Positions 31,173 through 41,214 of a DNA stretch of 64,000 bases are shown piece after piece. Every line of letters starts with the position of its first letter. Positions within the stretch are counted from its first letter, which is position 1. The stretch is taken from assembly GCA_963805625.1 (NCBI GenBank), contig CAWDVE010000019.1, positions 224,001 through 288,000 of the forward strand, in the 5' to 3' direction. The stretch comes from an uncultured Candidatus Rokubacteria bacterium. Its GTDB lineage: Bacteria > Methylomirabilota > Methylomirabilia > Rokubacteriales > DASRDR01. The notes below the pieces were generated by a model. The model did not search any database, had not been told where the DNA came from, and saw only the letters and a list, made by a program, of their open reading frames with translations. The position numbers were made by a program, and so were the translations under genes.

Positions 31173-31688
31173 CTAGACGGGCGAGTCGATTCCCAGCGCT
31201 CGCGCGACCTCGCGGATCGCCCCGGTCTCCGCCTCGCTCACCCGGATCCCGCCGACTCCGAGGAAGCCGCCCTCCTTCGTTGCCTCGGCGGTCCGCTGGG
31301 CGATCGTCACCAGCCAGCGCTTGACCCCGTCCGCTTCCTCCCGCGAGGCCTTCCGGTCGACGAGTGAGGCCAGCGTCCGGCAGGCGTCGAGGGCGTGCGC
31401 TCGGAGCTGCTCCGACGCCAGCCCGCGGAGCTCGGCCACGTCGACCTGCGCGCGGCCGTCCGGCGAGGTGAGGTCGGCCACGGCCGCGCGGAGGAGCGGG
31501 TTCGCGAGCTCGCCCTGGCCCTCCGCCTGGGTCTTCGTCTCGGCCACGAGCTTGCCCACGGCGAACATCTCCCGCAGCACCCCGAGGGGGCCGCTGGGGC
31601 TGGCGGCGATGACCGCCAGCCCCGCCATGAGTGGCGCCTTCAGGACGAGCCCCCACTCCTCGGTCGAATAGTCGGCCTTGGTCGACAT
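31173..31688 (-). CDS. Conserved hypothetical protein, possibly TerB-like helical fold
   Basis: GGAGGG RBS; AEATKEGGFLGVGG..VSEAE..I..ALG C-terminus. Confidence 0.8.
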   Translation of the reverse strand: MSTKADYSTEEWGLVLKAPLMAGLAVIAASPSGPLGVLREMFAVGKLVAETKTQAEGQGELANPLLRAAVADLTSPDGRAQVDVAELRGLASEQLRAHALDACRTLASLVDRKASREEADGVKRWLVTIAQRTAEATKEGGFLGVGGIRVSEAETGAIREVARALGIDSPV

Positions 31689-31722
31689 GGCGAGGCTCCC
31701 TCCGACCTCGTTCCGGGGCGCC

Positions 31723-32316
31723 TCAGGACTTGGCGGCGGGGGGGACGGGCATCCCGAGCGCCTGGAGCGCCTCGACCGTCTTCTTCTTGACGGCCTCAGC
31801 CTTGGCGACCGCGTCCGCGACGTTGCCGCCCTTGAACGCTGCCGTCGCGTCGTCCCAGCCCTTCGTGGCCTCCGCAAGACCGGCCTTGGCGGCCTCGAAC
31901 TGCTCCTTTGTGACGTTGGCGGGAAGCTTCTTGCTCTTCGAGAGGATGTCGACCCGCGACTTGACGGCCTCCACCATCTTCGGGAGACCAGCGCTCATCT
32001 CCTCCCAGCTCTTCGTGATCGCCGCCTGCTTCGCGGCCGCCGCGGCGGCGACGTCCTTCGCCCGGCCCGCGAGCGCGGGCGCCTCGGTCAGGACGGCCTT
32101 GTAGTCGCCCTTGGCGAACTTGTCCTTCACCGACGCCAGCGACGCGTCGAGCGTCTGCGCCTGGTCCGGCACCCACTTCGCGGCTTCCGCTTTGACTCCG
32201 GCCACCGCGGCCTCGGCCGCCTTGATGGCCTGCTCGGCCGGCGCCTTGTCGCTGGCACATGCCGACAGCAGCACGAGCGCCATCAGGCACAGGATTCCTC
32301 TCACACCTCGCATCAT
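31723..32316 (-). CDS. Ala/Lys-rich helical lipoprotein
   Basis: LSAC lipobox, AGGAGG RBS, strong codon bias. Confidence 0.85.
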   Translation of the reverse strand: MMRGVRGILCLMALVLLSACASDKAPAEQAIKAAEAAVAGVKAEAAKWVPDQAQTLDASLASVKDKFAKGDYKAVLTEAPALAGRAKDVAAAAAAKQAAITKSWEEMSAGLPKMVEAVKSRVDILSKSKKLPANVTKEQFEAAKAGLAEATKGWDDATAAFKGGNVADAVAKAEAVKKKTVEALQALGMPVPPAAKS

Positions 32317-32358
32317 TGCCTCCTGGAATCGGGTCGCATGTGGGGATCGATGGCGGGC

Positions 32359-32568
32359 TCAGGGAATGCGGAGGCGCTGGCCGATCTTGATCTTGTCCGG
32401 GTCCTTGAGGACGTCTCGGTTCGCCTCGAAGATCTTCGGATAAAGGCTCCCGTCCCCGTAGTAGCGCTCCGCGATCTTCCAGAGCGACTCGCCCTTTGCA
32501 ACCTCGTGCCACTGCTCGGCGCTCCACGCGTCGCCGCCACCCGACACCGTGTCCGTCCTGTCGCTCAC
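32359..32568 (-). CDS. Stand-alone LysM domain protein (69 aa)
   Basis: HEVAKGESLWKIA..YYG...IFEANR..PDKIKIGQRLRIP; AGGAGG before GTG. Confidence 0.9.
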   Translation of the reverse strand: MSDRTDTVSGGGDAWSAEQWHEVAKGESLWKIAERYYGDGSLYPKIFEANRDVLKDPDKIKIGQRLRIP

Positions 32569-32866
32569 AGCCGCCCTCCTCTCCGTTCCGCGGTTATCGT
32601 AACGGCGCGCCGTTCCGCGTCGTCTCGCCGCGGCCGGGGCGCCCGCGGCTGACCCGACGGGTCTCCCGGCCCCCACGACCCCTCCTCAGGCTCTGACAGA
32701 GGGGCGGCCGGCGCAATACGACCTTGGTCCTACATGGAATCCCTTCCAGGAGGCTCGCCGGCAGGACCTGGCGGAGCGGGGGACGGCCGCGCGGCGTGCT
32801 ACGATACGGCGCGTTTCGGGTCGGGTGCAGTGACGCGGTGAAGGACGTCGTCCAAGGAGGTCCAAG

Positions 32867-34465
32867 ATGAGCGCTTCCCTCGTGGTGACGACCGTGGTCC
32901 GGCTCGCCTTCATAACCCTGGTCGCGGCCGTGGCGACGCTGGTGCCAGTGGCAGACGCTGGTGCCCAGGCGCTGGTCGTTGGCGCCAACTTCGTGGTCAA
33001 GAGCCTCGACCCTGCGCGTACGGTGGAGACGACCAGCAACATGGTCAACCACTCCGTCTACGACTCGCTCGTCACGTTCGACGGGGAGGATCTGACCACC
33101 CCCAAGCCCTCGCTGGCCACCGACTGGACCGTGTCGCCTGACGGCAAGACGTACACGTTCCGGCTCCGGCGCAACGTGCGCTTCGCCAGCGGAAACCCGC
33201 TGACGTCCGCGGACGTGAAGTGGTCGCTGGACCGCGTGCGGTACGTCAAGAGCAATCCGGCCTTCTTCCTGAACTCCGTCGAGGACGTCGTCACCCCGGA
33301 CCCCTTCACCGTGGTCCTCAAGCTCAGGGCGCCGAACCCCTCCTTGCTGCCGATCCTGTCGAGCTCCAGCCTGGGCGCGATCGACAGCAAGCTCGTGAGC
33401 CAGAAGGGCGGCGATGCCAGCCCCGACGCGAAGGACAAGGACAAGGCGGAGCCCTTCTTGCTCGCGCAGTCGGCCGGCACGGGCGCCTACGTCGTGGAGC
33501 GCTACGTCCCCGACCAGGAGATCGTGCTGGTGCGGAACCCGAACCACTGGCGCGGCGCGCCGAAGCTCGAGCGCATCGTGATCCGCAACATCACGGAGCC
33601 GGCCGCCCAGAAGCTCCAGCTCGAGCGGGGCGACCTCGACATCGCCACCGGGCTCGACCAGGACCAGATGCGCGCACTCCGCAACGCGCCCGGGGTCACC
33701 GCCAAGGCGAGCCCGGCCGCCACGACCTTCTACGTCCTGATGAACGCCGACCCGCAGATCGGCGGTGCCTTCGCGAATCCCAAGGTCCAGCAGGCGGTGC
33801 GCTACGCCCTCGACTACGACGGCATCCTGGCGCTGGCCGGGCCGGGCGCCGTCCGGCTGGCCGGGGTCATCCCCACGGTCTTCACGGGCGCGATGGATCC
33901 GCGCCAGGGTGCCCGCACCGACCGCGACCGCGCTCGCGCGCTCCTGAAGGAAGCGAACCTGGGCGAGGTGAAGGGTGCCCTCACCTACGCGAGCGACTCG
34001 ACCATCTTCGGTGTCCAGATGAACCTGCTCGCCCAGAAGATCCAGGCCGACCTCGCCGCGGTGGGGATCGGGATCGCGCTCAACGGGCTGCCCCGGGCGA
34101 CCGCCCTCCAGCTCTACCGGGACGGCAAGAATCAGGTGGGGGCGTGGAGCTGGGCGGCCGACTACCCCGACGGCCAGAACTTCCTCGTGTACGCGCCGGG
34201 CCGGACGGTCGGGAAGCGCGCGGGGTGGCTGCCGGAGTCGAGCCCGGAGGCGCGGGAGCTTGCCCAGATCGCGGCCGACGCCGAGGCGGAGCGGGATCCC
34301 GCGAAGAGCGCCGGCCTCTACCGGAAGCTCGACGAACGGTTGGCCCAGATCGGGCCCTACGCGCCGCTCTTCCAGCCTGCGGTACCCTATGCCTTCCGCT
34401 CCAACGTGCAGGGCGTGACGTTCAGCAGCGTGTGGGGCGTGGATTTCTGGACGGTGAGCAAGTAA
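32867..34465 (+). CDS. dppA: Peptide/nickel-family ABC substrate-binding protein
   Basis: LATDWTVSPDGKTYTFRLR, GTGAY; SBP family 5 features. Confidence 0.92.
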   Translation: MSASLVVTTVVRLAFITLVAAVATLVPVADAGAQALVVGANFVVKSLDPARTVETTSNMVNHSVYDSLVTFDGEDLTTPKPSLATDWTVSPDGKTYTFRLRRNVRFASGNPLTSADVKWSLDRVRYVKSNPAFFLNSVEDVVTPDPFTVVLKLRAPNPSLLPILSSSSLGAIDSKLVSQKGGDASPDAKDKDKAEPFLLAQSAGTGAYVVERYVPDQEIVLVRNPNHWRGAPKLERIVIRNITEPAAQKLQLERGDLDIATGLDQDQMRALRNAPGVTAKASPAATTFYVLMNADPQIGGAFANPKVQQAVRYALDYDGILALAGPGAVRLAGVIPTVFTGAMDPRQGARTDRDRARALLKEANLGEVKGALTYASDSTIFGVQMNLLAQKIQADLAAVGIGIALNGLPRATALQLYRDGKNQVGAWSWAADYPDGQNFLVYAPGRTVGKRAGWLPESSPEARELAQIAADAEAERDPAKSAGLYRKLDERLAQIGPYAPLFQPAVPYAFRSNVQGVTFSSVWGVDFWTVSK

Positions 34466-34478
34466 GCAGGGTCTCGAC

Positions 34479-35505
34479 CTGACGAGCTTCCGGCTGTTCG
34501 TCGCCCGCCGGCTTCTCCTGCTGGGGCCGATGCTCGTCGGCATCACCCTCCTCACCTTCCTCCTGTCGCACGCGGTCCCCGCCGACCCGGTCACCGCGAG
34601 CCTAGGAGAGCAGGCCGCGGCTGACCCGGCGGTCGTGGCGGCGTTCCGGCGCGAGTGGGGGCTCGACCGCTCGCTCCCCGAGCAGTACGGCATCTACCTC
34701 TGGAACCTGGTCCGCGGGAACTTCGGCGTGTCCATCTCGACCCGCCAGCCGGTCTGGCTCGACCTCCGTCAGACCTTCCCGGCGACGATCGAGCTGGCCG
34801 TCGTCGCCATGAGCCTGAGCATCCTCGTCGGGATCCCTCTCGGGCTGCATCTCCGCGGTGAAGCGCGACCGCCTCGTCGACCAGTTGACGCGCGTGGTCT
34901 CGCTGGTGGGCGTCTCCATGCCGATCTTCTGGCTGGGGCTCGTGGCGCTGCTCGTCTTCTACGCGCGGCTCGGCTGGGCACCGCCGCCGGGGCGGCTCTC
35001 GGCCATGCTCGCGGCGCCGCCGATGGTCACGGGCTTCCTCCTCATCGACTCGCTCCTGGCGGGCCGGCCCGCGGTCGCGCTCGACGCCGTCCGCCACCTG
35101 GTCTTGCCGGCTGCCGTTCTCTCGACCTACAACCTCGGCATCCTGGCCCGCCTGATGCGGGGGAGCTTGCTCGACGTCCTCGGCGAGGACTACGTCCGGA
35201 CGGCCCGGGCCAAGGGGCTCGCGGAGGGGGCCGTGACGCTCCGCCACGCGGCGCGGAACGCGCTGATCCCCGTGGTGACGGTCATCGGGCTGAGCTTCGG
35301 GCGCCTCCTGTCGGGGGCCGTCATCATCGAGAGCGTCTTCGCCTGGCCGGGCCTCGGCCTCTACGCCTTCCGCACCGCGACCTCGCTCGACTTCCCGGCG
35401 ATCATGGGCGTCGGGATCGTCGTGGCCACGGTGTACGTCTGCGCCAACCTGCTGGTCGACGTCGCGTATGCCCTCATCGACCCCCGCATCCAGGTGGGAC
35501 AGTGA
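34479..35505 (+). CDS. dppB: Peptide ABC permease with a +1 frameshift near 34848
   Basis: RRLLLL...PADP...GLDRSLPEQY...ATIEL, then after one extra base SMPIFWLG...DYVRTARAKG...WPGLG...DPRI; start uncertain (CTG 34479 or ATG 34530). Confidence 0.8.
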
Positions 35506-36311
35506 AGACGTCCGCGCTCGCGGCGACGGCCTTCGCGGTCGTTGCGCTCTGGCTCGTGCTGGCCGCGGCGGCGCCGCTCCTCGCGCCCTACGAGCCGCTG
35601 CGCCAGGACATCGTGGGCCGCCTCGCCCCGCCGAGCGGGGACCACTGGCTCGGGACCGACGCGCTCGGCCGGGACATCCTGAGCCGCATCCTGCACGGTG
35701 CCCGCATCTCCATCCCCGTCGGCCTGGCCGCGGTGATCCTGGCCGCGCTCCTCGGGGCGCTGGTGGGCGGGCTGGCCGGCTTCGTCGGCCGGCGACTCGA
35801 CGACGTCGCGATGCGGGTGACCGACCTCATGCTGGCCTTTCCGACCGTCATCCTGGCCCTCGTCATCACCGCGGCGCTTGGGGTCGGCATCCGAAACGCG
35901 GTGATCGCCATCATGGTTGCGTGGTGGCCGACGTATGCCCGGCTCGTCCGCGGCCTCGTGCTGGCCGTGCGCGAGCGCGAGTACGTCCAGGTCGCCTACG
36001 CGCTGGGGGCCTCGGACGGGCGCGTCCTCTGCCGGTACATCGCGCCGAACGTGGCCTCGTCGATCGTCGTCCTGACGACGCTCGATGTGGGCCACGCGAT
36101 CCTGACGTTCGCGTCGCTCTCGTTCCTCGGGCTCGGACCCCCGCCCGAGGTGCCGGAGTGGGGGTCGATGATCGCCGCCGGCCGGAACTACCTGGACCAG
36201 TGGTGGATCGCGACGTTCCCGGGGCTGGCTATCCTGAGCCTGACAATCGCGTTCAACGTCGTGGGCGACAGCCTCCGAGACTTCCTGGATCCCCGCCTCC
36301 GCAAGCTGTGA
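35502..36311 (+). CDS. dppC: Peptide ABC permease
   Basis: HWLGTDALGRD, LSFLGLG..PEWG, GDSLRDFLDPR. Confidence 0.93.
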   Translation: MKTSALAATAFAVVALWLVLAAAAPLLAPYEPLRQDIVGRLAPPSGDHWLGTDALGRDILSRILHGARISIPVGLAAVILAALLGALVGGLAGFVGRRLDDVAMRVTDLMLAFPTVILALVITAALGVGIRNAVIAIMVAWWPTYARLVRGLVLAVREREYVQVAYALGASDGRVLCRYIAPNVASSIVVLTTLDVGHAILTFASLSFLGLGPPPEVPEWGSMIAAGRNYLDQWWIATFPGLAILSLTIAFNVVGDSLRDFLDPRLRKL

Positions 36312-36372
36312 GGGCGTAACCGGGGCCGGCGACCCTCACCGGCGGCGTAGCTCCGTCGCCACGGTCCGCGTT

Positions 36373-36579
36373 CTAGGCAGGCTGGGTGCGCTCCGCGGGG
36401 ACCTCGACTCGCTTGACACCCTTGAAGCTGAAGAGCAGCTCGACGAGGTAGGTGGGCGGGTCGGCGGACGTCTGCCGGACGATGGTCCCCAGGGCTTCGC
36501 GGACGTTCTGGCTGAACGCGACGCCCTGCACCACCATGCCCGAGAGGTTGACCTTGACGCGCTGGTCTGGAGCAAGCAT
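36373..36579 (-). CDS. Small hypothetical beta-rich protein (68 aa)
   Basis: Starts 5 nt after the TPR gene stop; coding-like codon use. Confidence 0.65.
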   Translation of the reverse strand: MLAPDQRVKVNLSGMVVQGVAFSQNVREALGTIVRQTSADPPTYLVELLFSFKGVKRVEVPAERTQPA

Positions 36580-36584
36580 TCGTG

Positions 36585-36914
36585 TCAGGGGCCGGGCGAC
36601 CCGAGGCGACGGAGGAACACCTCCATCTCCTTCTTCGTCTGGAGATCCCCGTTCCGCGTAGCCACCTCGAGCCCACGGGCGTAAGCGGCCTTCGCCTCGT
36701 CGAGCTGCCCGGCCCGCTCGAGGGAGCGCCCGAGCCCCCGGTACGCCGCCGAGTAGTCGGACTTCAGGCGAATGGCCTCGCGATATTCCGCGATGGCGCT
36801 CTCGGCCTGCCCCGCGTCCAGGTACGCGCCGGCGAGGCCGAAGCGGACATCGGGATCCTCGGGCATGAGCTCGAGGACCTCCTTGAACTCGGCGATCCGA
36901 TCTTGCTCGGTCAT
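36585..36914 (-). CDS. Tetratricopeptide repeat protein
   Basis: Two to three TPRs (RFGLAGAY, AYRGLGRSL). Confidence 0.88.
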   Translation of the reverse strand: MTEQDRIAEFKEVLELMPEDPDVRFGLAGAYLDAGQAESAIAEYREAIRLKSDYSAAYRGLGRSLERAGQLDEAKAAYARGLEVATRNGDLQTKKEMEVFLRRLGSPGP

Positions 36915-36930
36915 GCCGCTTCTGTGCGGC

Positions 36931-37353
36931 TCACTGCCCAAACATCTTGCGAAGGTTCTCGAAGCCGGCCTCGTAGATGCCGCGGATCACTTTGACCGCC
37001 TCGGGTTCGGAGGCACCCGCCGGCTCGAACGAGCTGGACCACTCGACCCTGCAACTCTTCCCGTCCTTGTTCTCCTCCACGTGGAGAGTCGCCCTGTAAC
37101 CGGCGACCGGCAGCGGCCCCTGGAGGATCGAGTACGAGTACGTTCGCTTCTTGTCGTCCTTGCCCTCGAGCCGCTCCACGATACTGCCGCCACCGTGGAG
37201 CGTGAGGCGGCGGACCGTGGCCGCGCCCTCCTTCGCTTCGTCGCTCTTGGCGACGGCGGGGTGCCACTTGGCGAGGCTGTTGAAGCCTCCGATCGCATCC
37301 CACACCGTGCGCGCCGGGACGGGGAGCGTGGTGGACAGGCTCACCTTGGCCAT
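36931..37353 (-). CDS. SRPBCC (polyketide cyclase 2/MxaD-like) protein
   Basis: VWDAIGGFNSLAKWHP, ERL, YSYSI..GPLPV..Y. Confidence 0.9.
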   Translation of the reverse strand: MAKVSLSTTLPVPARTVWDAIGGFNSLAKWHPAVAKSDEAKEGAATVRRLTLHGGGSIVERLEGKDDKKRTYSYSILQGPLPVAGYRATLHVEENKDGKSCRVEWSSSFEPAGASEPEAVKVIRGIYEAGFENLRKMFGQ

Positions 37354-37493
37354 GGGCAGTCCTCCGTTGCGGGTGATGGAGAGATCTTACCGTCACCACA
37401 GAAGCCACCGAGAGTCCTGGCGAGAGATTGTGTGGAACCAAATCGCTCTTGCTCCTCTGGGGCCGCACCGCCGGTTCGAGAGGAGTGGCATCG

Positions 37494-37522
37494 ATGCTAT
37501 CCACTGGCGGAAGGGCCGTCAA
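37494..37522 (-). promoter_or_regulatory. Sigma70-like promoter upstream of the SRPBCC gene
   Basis: TTGACG-17 nt-TAGCAT. Confidence 0.55.
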
Positions 37523-37616
37523 GCGACGGGCGCCGTGATCACGATCCCCCAGTCGAGGCGCACGGACCCGATCCCGCGCCCCCGTCTCGATCGCGCCGAG
37601 ATGAAGAAGTGCGCCG

Positions 37617-37900
37617 TCAGCCGGGAGCGTCGCCCGGCCAGGGGGTGTGGAGGAGCGTGTACTCGCCGATCGTCCGCTCGCCCGTCGCGTTGATGCCGTA
37701 GAGGCGGATCCTCGCCCGGTTGGCCGGGAGGGCCCGGATCACCTCACCAGGCTCCGCGAAGGTCAGCTCTCCGCGCTCGAGATCCACCGGGACGCCCACC
37801 CATCGCTCGTCCAGGGCGCCCGGCGCGTCGAGGAAGACCAGGTCGACCTGCTCGTCGGCGCGGATGGCGGTGCGCTGTTGCGGGCCCTGGCAGGCGCGAT
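37617..37900 (-). pseudogene. 3' remnant of an unknown gene
   Basis: Coding-like frame ...QVDLVFLDAP...GERTIGEYTLLHTPWPG* with no suitable upstream start. Confidence 0.45.
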
Positions 37901-37956
37901 CGAGCGCTGACTGGTCGATCGCGGGCCCCGGTGGTGGCTGTCCGAAAGCACAGGTC

Positions 37957-38481
37957 TCAGAACCCCCAGCGGGTGGCCGCGTCGACGAAGCGCTTCTCGT
38001 ACATCCCGAACGCTACCCGCGGGCGTACCGCGTAGATCGGTCCCATCTCGGGATCGAGCTTCCAGGGCTTGTACTTGGTGTGATACGGCCGGGCGAGCCG
38101 CGCCTGCAGCTTCTTGTCCGTGACTTTCTCGGCGACGCCTTCCACGATCACGGCCTCGTCGGCAAGCTCGCTGCACACGACGCAGCTCGCGTTCAGCGCC
38201 AGGTTCCGCGCCTTGCGCGATTCACGCCCCGTGCTGAAGTAAAACGCCCCGTCGACCCAGATGCCCCACACGGGCATCGCGTGCGGCCGTCCGTTCGGAC
38301 GCACCGAGATCAGCCAGTAGTTGTGTGACCTGGCCAGCCGTCGCTCGGCCCAGACCCACGGCAGGAGCCCCCTGTCGGTCTTCGGCAGCCCGTAGCCGGG
38401 CATGTGGGGACGCTCGGCCCTCGGCGTGATGCCGCGGCGGTGGCTGCTCTTCCTCCGTTGGGGGCGCTTTGGAGTGGACAT
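37957..38481 (-). CDS. Pyridoxamine 5'-phosphate oxidase-like flavin-binding protein
   Basis: RPHMPGYG, LLPW.WA, RPNGRPHAMPVWG, SRKARNL, ATRW. Confidence 0.9.
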   Translation of the reverse strand: MSTPKRPQRRKSSHRRGITPRAERPHMPGYGLPKTDRGLLPWVWAERRLARSHNYWLISVRPNGRPHAMPVWGIWVDGAFYFSTGRESRKARNLALNASCVVCSELADEAVIVEGVAEKVTDKKLQARLARPYHTKYKPWKLDPEMGPIYAVRPRVAFGMYEKRFVDAATRWGF

Positions 38482-38721
38482 CTCGCGTCACGGGCAAGCT
38501 CACGCTAGCTTCCATGGCTTCGTCAAGTGCCTACACGGAGGGGTGCGGCCCGAGCCGGGGGGTGATCGCCTCATCGCGATCATCACCAGCGAAATCCCTG
38601 TGCGTCGGAGATTGCCTCCAGGCCCGATTGTCGCTGCGATTCGGCGACGTTGACGCCGACCTCCCGGGCCATCTGACCTTGGCGGCGCCTTGCGTGGCCT
38701 CAGGAATCGCGTCATGCTCAG

Positions 38722-39861
38722 GTGAGCCAGATCAACGGAGTCGAGCGCGTCGGGAACGGGGGGCTTGCGATGCCAGTTCCGGAAGAACGTGTGGGCTTCG
38801 ACGCGGCGAAGGCAGAGGCGTTTGCCGGACGGCTCCTGGACACGCTCAACCTCGGCGCGGTCTGCCTCATGATCTCGGTGGGCTACCGTACCGGCCTGTT
38901 CGATGCCCTGCAGGGCCTCCCGCCGGCTACCTCGGGTGAGATCGCCGCTCGGGCTGGACTCAACGAGCGCTACGTTCGCGAATGGCTGGGAGCGATGGCG
39001 ACCGCGCGTGTCCTTGAGGTGGAACCGGGCGCTGAGTGCTTCCGACTTCCGGCGGAGCACGCGGCCGTCCTCACCCGGGCCGCCGCGGCGGACAACATGG
39101 CCGTGTTCGCCCAGTATATCGGGCTGCTCGGGAGTGTCGAGGACGACATCGTCGAGTGCTTCCGGCATGGGGGTGGAGTGCCGTACGCACGGTTCCCCCG
39201 GTTCCACGCGGTCATGGAAGAGGACAGCGGGCAATCGGTGCTGTCCTCCCTCGAGTCCCACGTCCTGCCCCTCGTGCCTGACTTGACCCGAAGCCTCGAG
39301 CGTGGAGTGCGGGTCCTCGACGTCGGGTGCGGTCGCGGGCGCATCCTGACCCGGCTGGCCGGGCTCTACCCGAACAGCCGCTTCACGGGCATGGACCTTT
39401 CAACCGAGGCTATCGAGTTCGCTCGAAACCAGGCGGCCGCCAAGGGGCTCCACAACCTCGACTTCGTCGTGAGAGACCTGAGCGACTTCGACGAGACCGC
39501 GGAGCCCGCCGCCTTCGACGTCGTCACCACGTTCGATGCGGTACACGACCAGGCGCACCCGCTTCGCGTGCTGCGGGGCATCCATCGCACGCTCGCGCCC
39601 ACGGGTCTCTATCTCATGCAGGACATCCGGGGATCGAGCGTTGTGTCCGGAAACCTCGAGCATCCGCTCGGCCCGCTGCTCTATACGATCTCCTGCATGC
39701 ACTGCATGACGGTCTCGCTGGCGCAGGGCGGCGAGGGTCTGGGCGCGATGTGGGGCGAAGAGAAGACCTGCGAGTACCTGGAGCGTGCCGGCTTTCGCTC
39801 GATCGAGACGCACCGGCTCGTCCACGACGTCCAGAACAACTGGTACGTCGTGAGGAAGTAG
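38722..39861 (+). CDS. Class I SAM methyltransferase with N-terminal wHTH (Rv2258c-like)
   Basis: GLNERYVREWL, VLDVGCGRG, FDAVHD, SCMHCMTVSL; start may be ATG 38770. Confidence 0.92.
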   Translation: MSQINGVERVGNGGLAMPVPEERVGFDAAKAEAFAGRLLDTLNLGAVCLMISVGYRTGLFDALQGLPPATSGEIAARAGLNERYVREWLGAMATARVLEVEPGAECFRLPAEHAAVLTRAAAADNMAVFAQYIGLLGSVEDDIVECFRHGGGVPYARFPRFHAVMEEDSGQSVLSSLESHVLPLVPDLTRSLERGVRVLDVGCGRGRILTRLAGLYPNSRFTGMDLSTEAIEFARNQAAAKGLHNLDFVVRDLSDFDETAEPAAFDVVTTFDAVHDQAHPLRVLRGIHRTLAPTGLYLMQDIRGSSVVSGNLEHPLGPLLYTISCMHCMTVSLAQGGEGLGAMWGEEKTCEYLERAGFRSIETHRLVHDVQNNWYVVRK

Positions 39862-39882
39862 GTCCCGCCCGCTCCGCGGGTG

Positions 39883-41139
39883 CTACGCGCGGCGGTCGAC
39901 GACGACCCGGCCCTCCCGCATCACGACGAGGAGGCGCGCCGGATCCTGGAGGACGCGCACGTCACGATCCGGCTCGCCCTCGACGACGAGCAGGTCGGCG
40001 AGCTTGCCGGGCTCGAGGGTGCCCAGGCGGTCCCCCGCGCCCAGCGCCTCGGCGGCGTTCCGCGTCGCGGTCAGCAGCGCCTGTTCCGGCGACAGACCGC
40101 GCTCCACCATCAGCTCGAGCTCGTAGGCGTTCTGCCCCCAGTAGTCGCGGAGGGACCGGTAGGTGTCCGTCCCGAGCGCCATCCGCACCCCGGTCTCGGA
40201 CGCCCGCCGGAACCACTGGTCGCCCACCGCGGCGACGTGCTGATACTTGCGGACGACGTCGGCGGGTGCACGGCCGGCCGCCCGCCCCGTCCTTGCTCGT
40301 TCGGAGCGAATCGAGATGGTCGGTACCATGAACGCGCCCTTCTCCAGGAACAGGGCGAGGCATTCCTCGTCGAGCTCGGTGCCGTGCTCGATCGTATCGA
40401 CGCCGGCCCGGAGCGCCCGCTTCGTGGCCTCCGCGGTGTGGCTGTGGACGGCCACCCGCTTGCCGACCGCGTGCGCCTCATCGACGAGGGCGGCGAGCTC
40501 CTCGGCCGTGTAGTTCCGCCACCAGAGCTCCTCTTTGTGGCCGGCGGCCCCGCCCGACGCGGACGTCTTGAAGAGGTCGACGCCCAACCGGATCTCGGCA
40601 CGCACCAGCCGGCGCACCGCCCATGGCCCATCGGCGTACACCGACTCGTCCCGCGGCCAGGCGTCCGGGAGCGGGAGGTCGGAATGGCCGCCCGTCTGCC
40701 CCACCCAGCCGGCAACGAAGATGCGCGGGCCGGGCACGAGCCCGATCGCGATCGCGCGCCGGAGGGCCAGCACCTCGAGATTGAGAGGATTGATGGGGCC
40801 GGCCAGGTCGCGCACGGTGGTGAAGCCCGCCTCGAGCATGAGCCGCGCGTTCTTCGCGGCGTGGAGCGTGAGGAGCTGGGTGCGGGCGCCCACCTCGGCC
40901 CAGATCGCGTTCGGCTCATCGGGGTCGACCACGCTGACGAGGTGGACGTGGAGATCCATGAGGCCGGGCATCACGGTGGCTGCGCCGGCGTGAAGGCGCG
41001 GGCCGGACCAGCTGGCGCACTCGGCCGCGGGCGCCACGCGCTCCACGCGGCCATCCCGGATCACCAGCGCCATCTCTCGCCGGGCGCTGGCCCCGGTCCC
41101 GTCCCAGAGGCGTCCGGCCACCAGAAGGAGGTCGTTCAT
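39883..41139 (-). CDS. Metal-dependent amidohydrolase (prolidase/carboxypeptidase-like)
   Basis: PGLMDLHVH, GFTTVRD, K, VAVH, IEHG, GTD, GKLADLL. Confidence 0.92.
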   Translation of the reverse strand: MNDLLLVAGRLWDGTGASARREMALVIRDGRVERVAPAAECASWSGPRLHAGAATVMPGLMDLHVHLVSVVDPDEPNAIWAEVGARTQLLTLHAAKNARLMLEAGFTTVRDLAGPINPLNLEVLALRRAIAIGLVPGPRIFVAGWVGQTGGHSDLPLPDAWPRDESVYADGPWAVRRLVRAEIRLGVDLFKTSASGGAAGHKEELWWRNYTAEELAALVDEAHAVGKRVAVHSHTAEATKRALRAGVDTIEHGTELDEECLALFLEKGAFMVPTISIRSERARTGRAAGRAPADVVRKYQHVAAVGDQWFRRASETGVRMALGTDTYRSLRDYWGQNAYELELMVERGLSPEQALLTATRNAAEALGAGDRLGTLEPGKLADLLVVEGEPDRDVRVLQDPARLLVVMREGRVVVDRRA

Positions 41140-41214
41140 CGCGACGTCGGGTCGCAGTGGGTCGCGGGACGCGGCGTCTAGCATCGGTGTCACCACATCG
41201 CGGGTCTGGGCACC

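Noticed and set aside
34530-36311. Apparent 593-aa DppB-DppC fusion in the ORF track
   Set aside because: Artefact of the extra base near 34848; the middle section is out of frame
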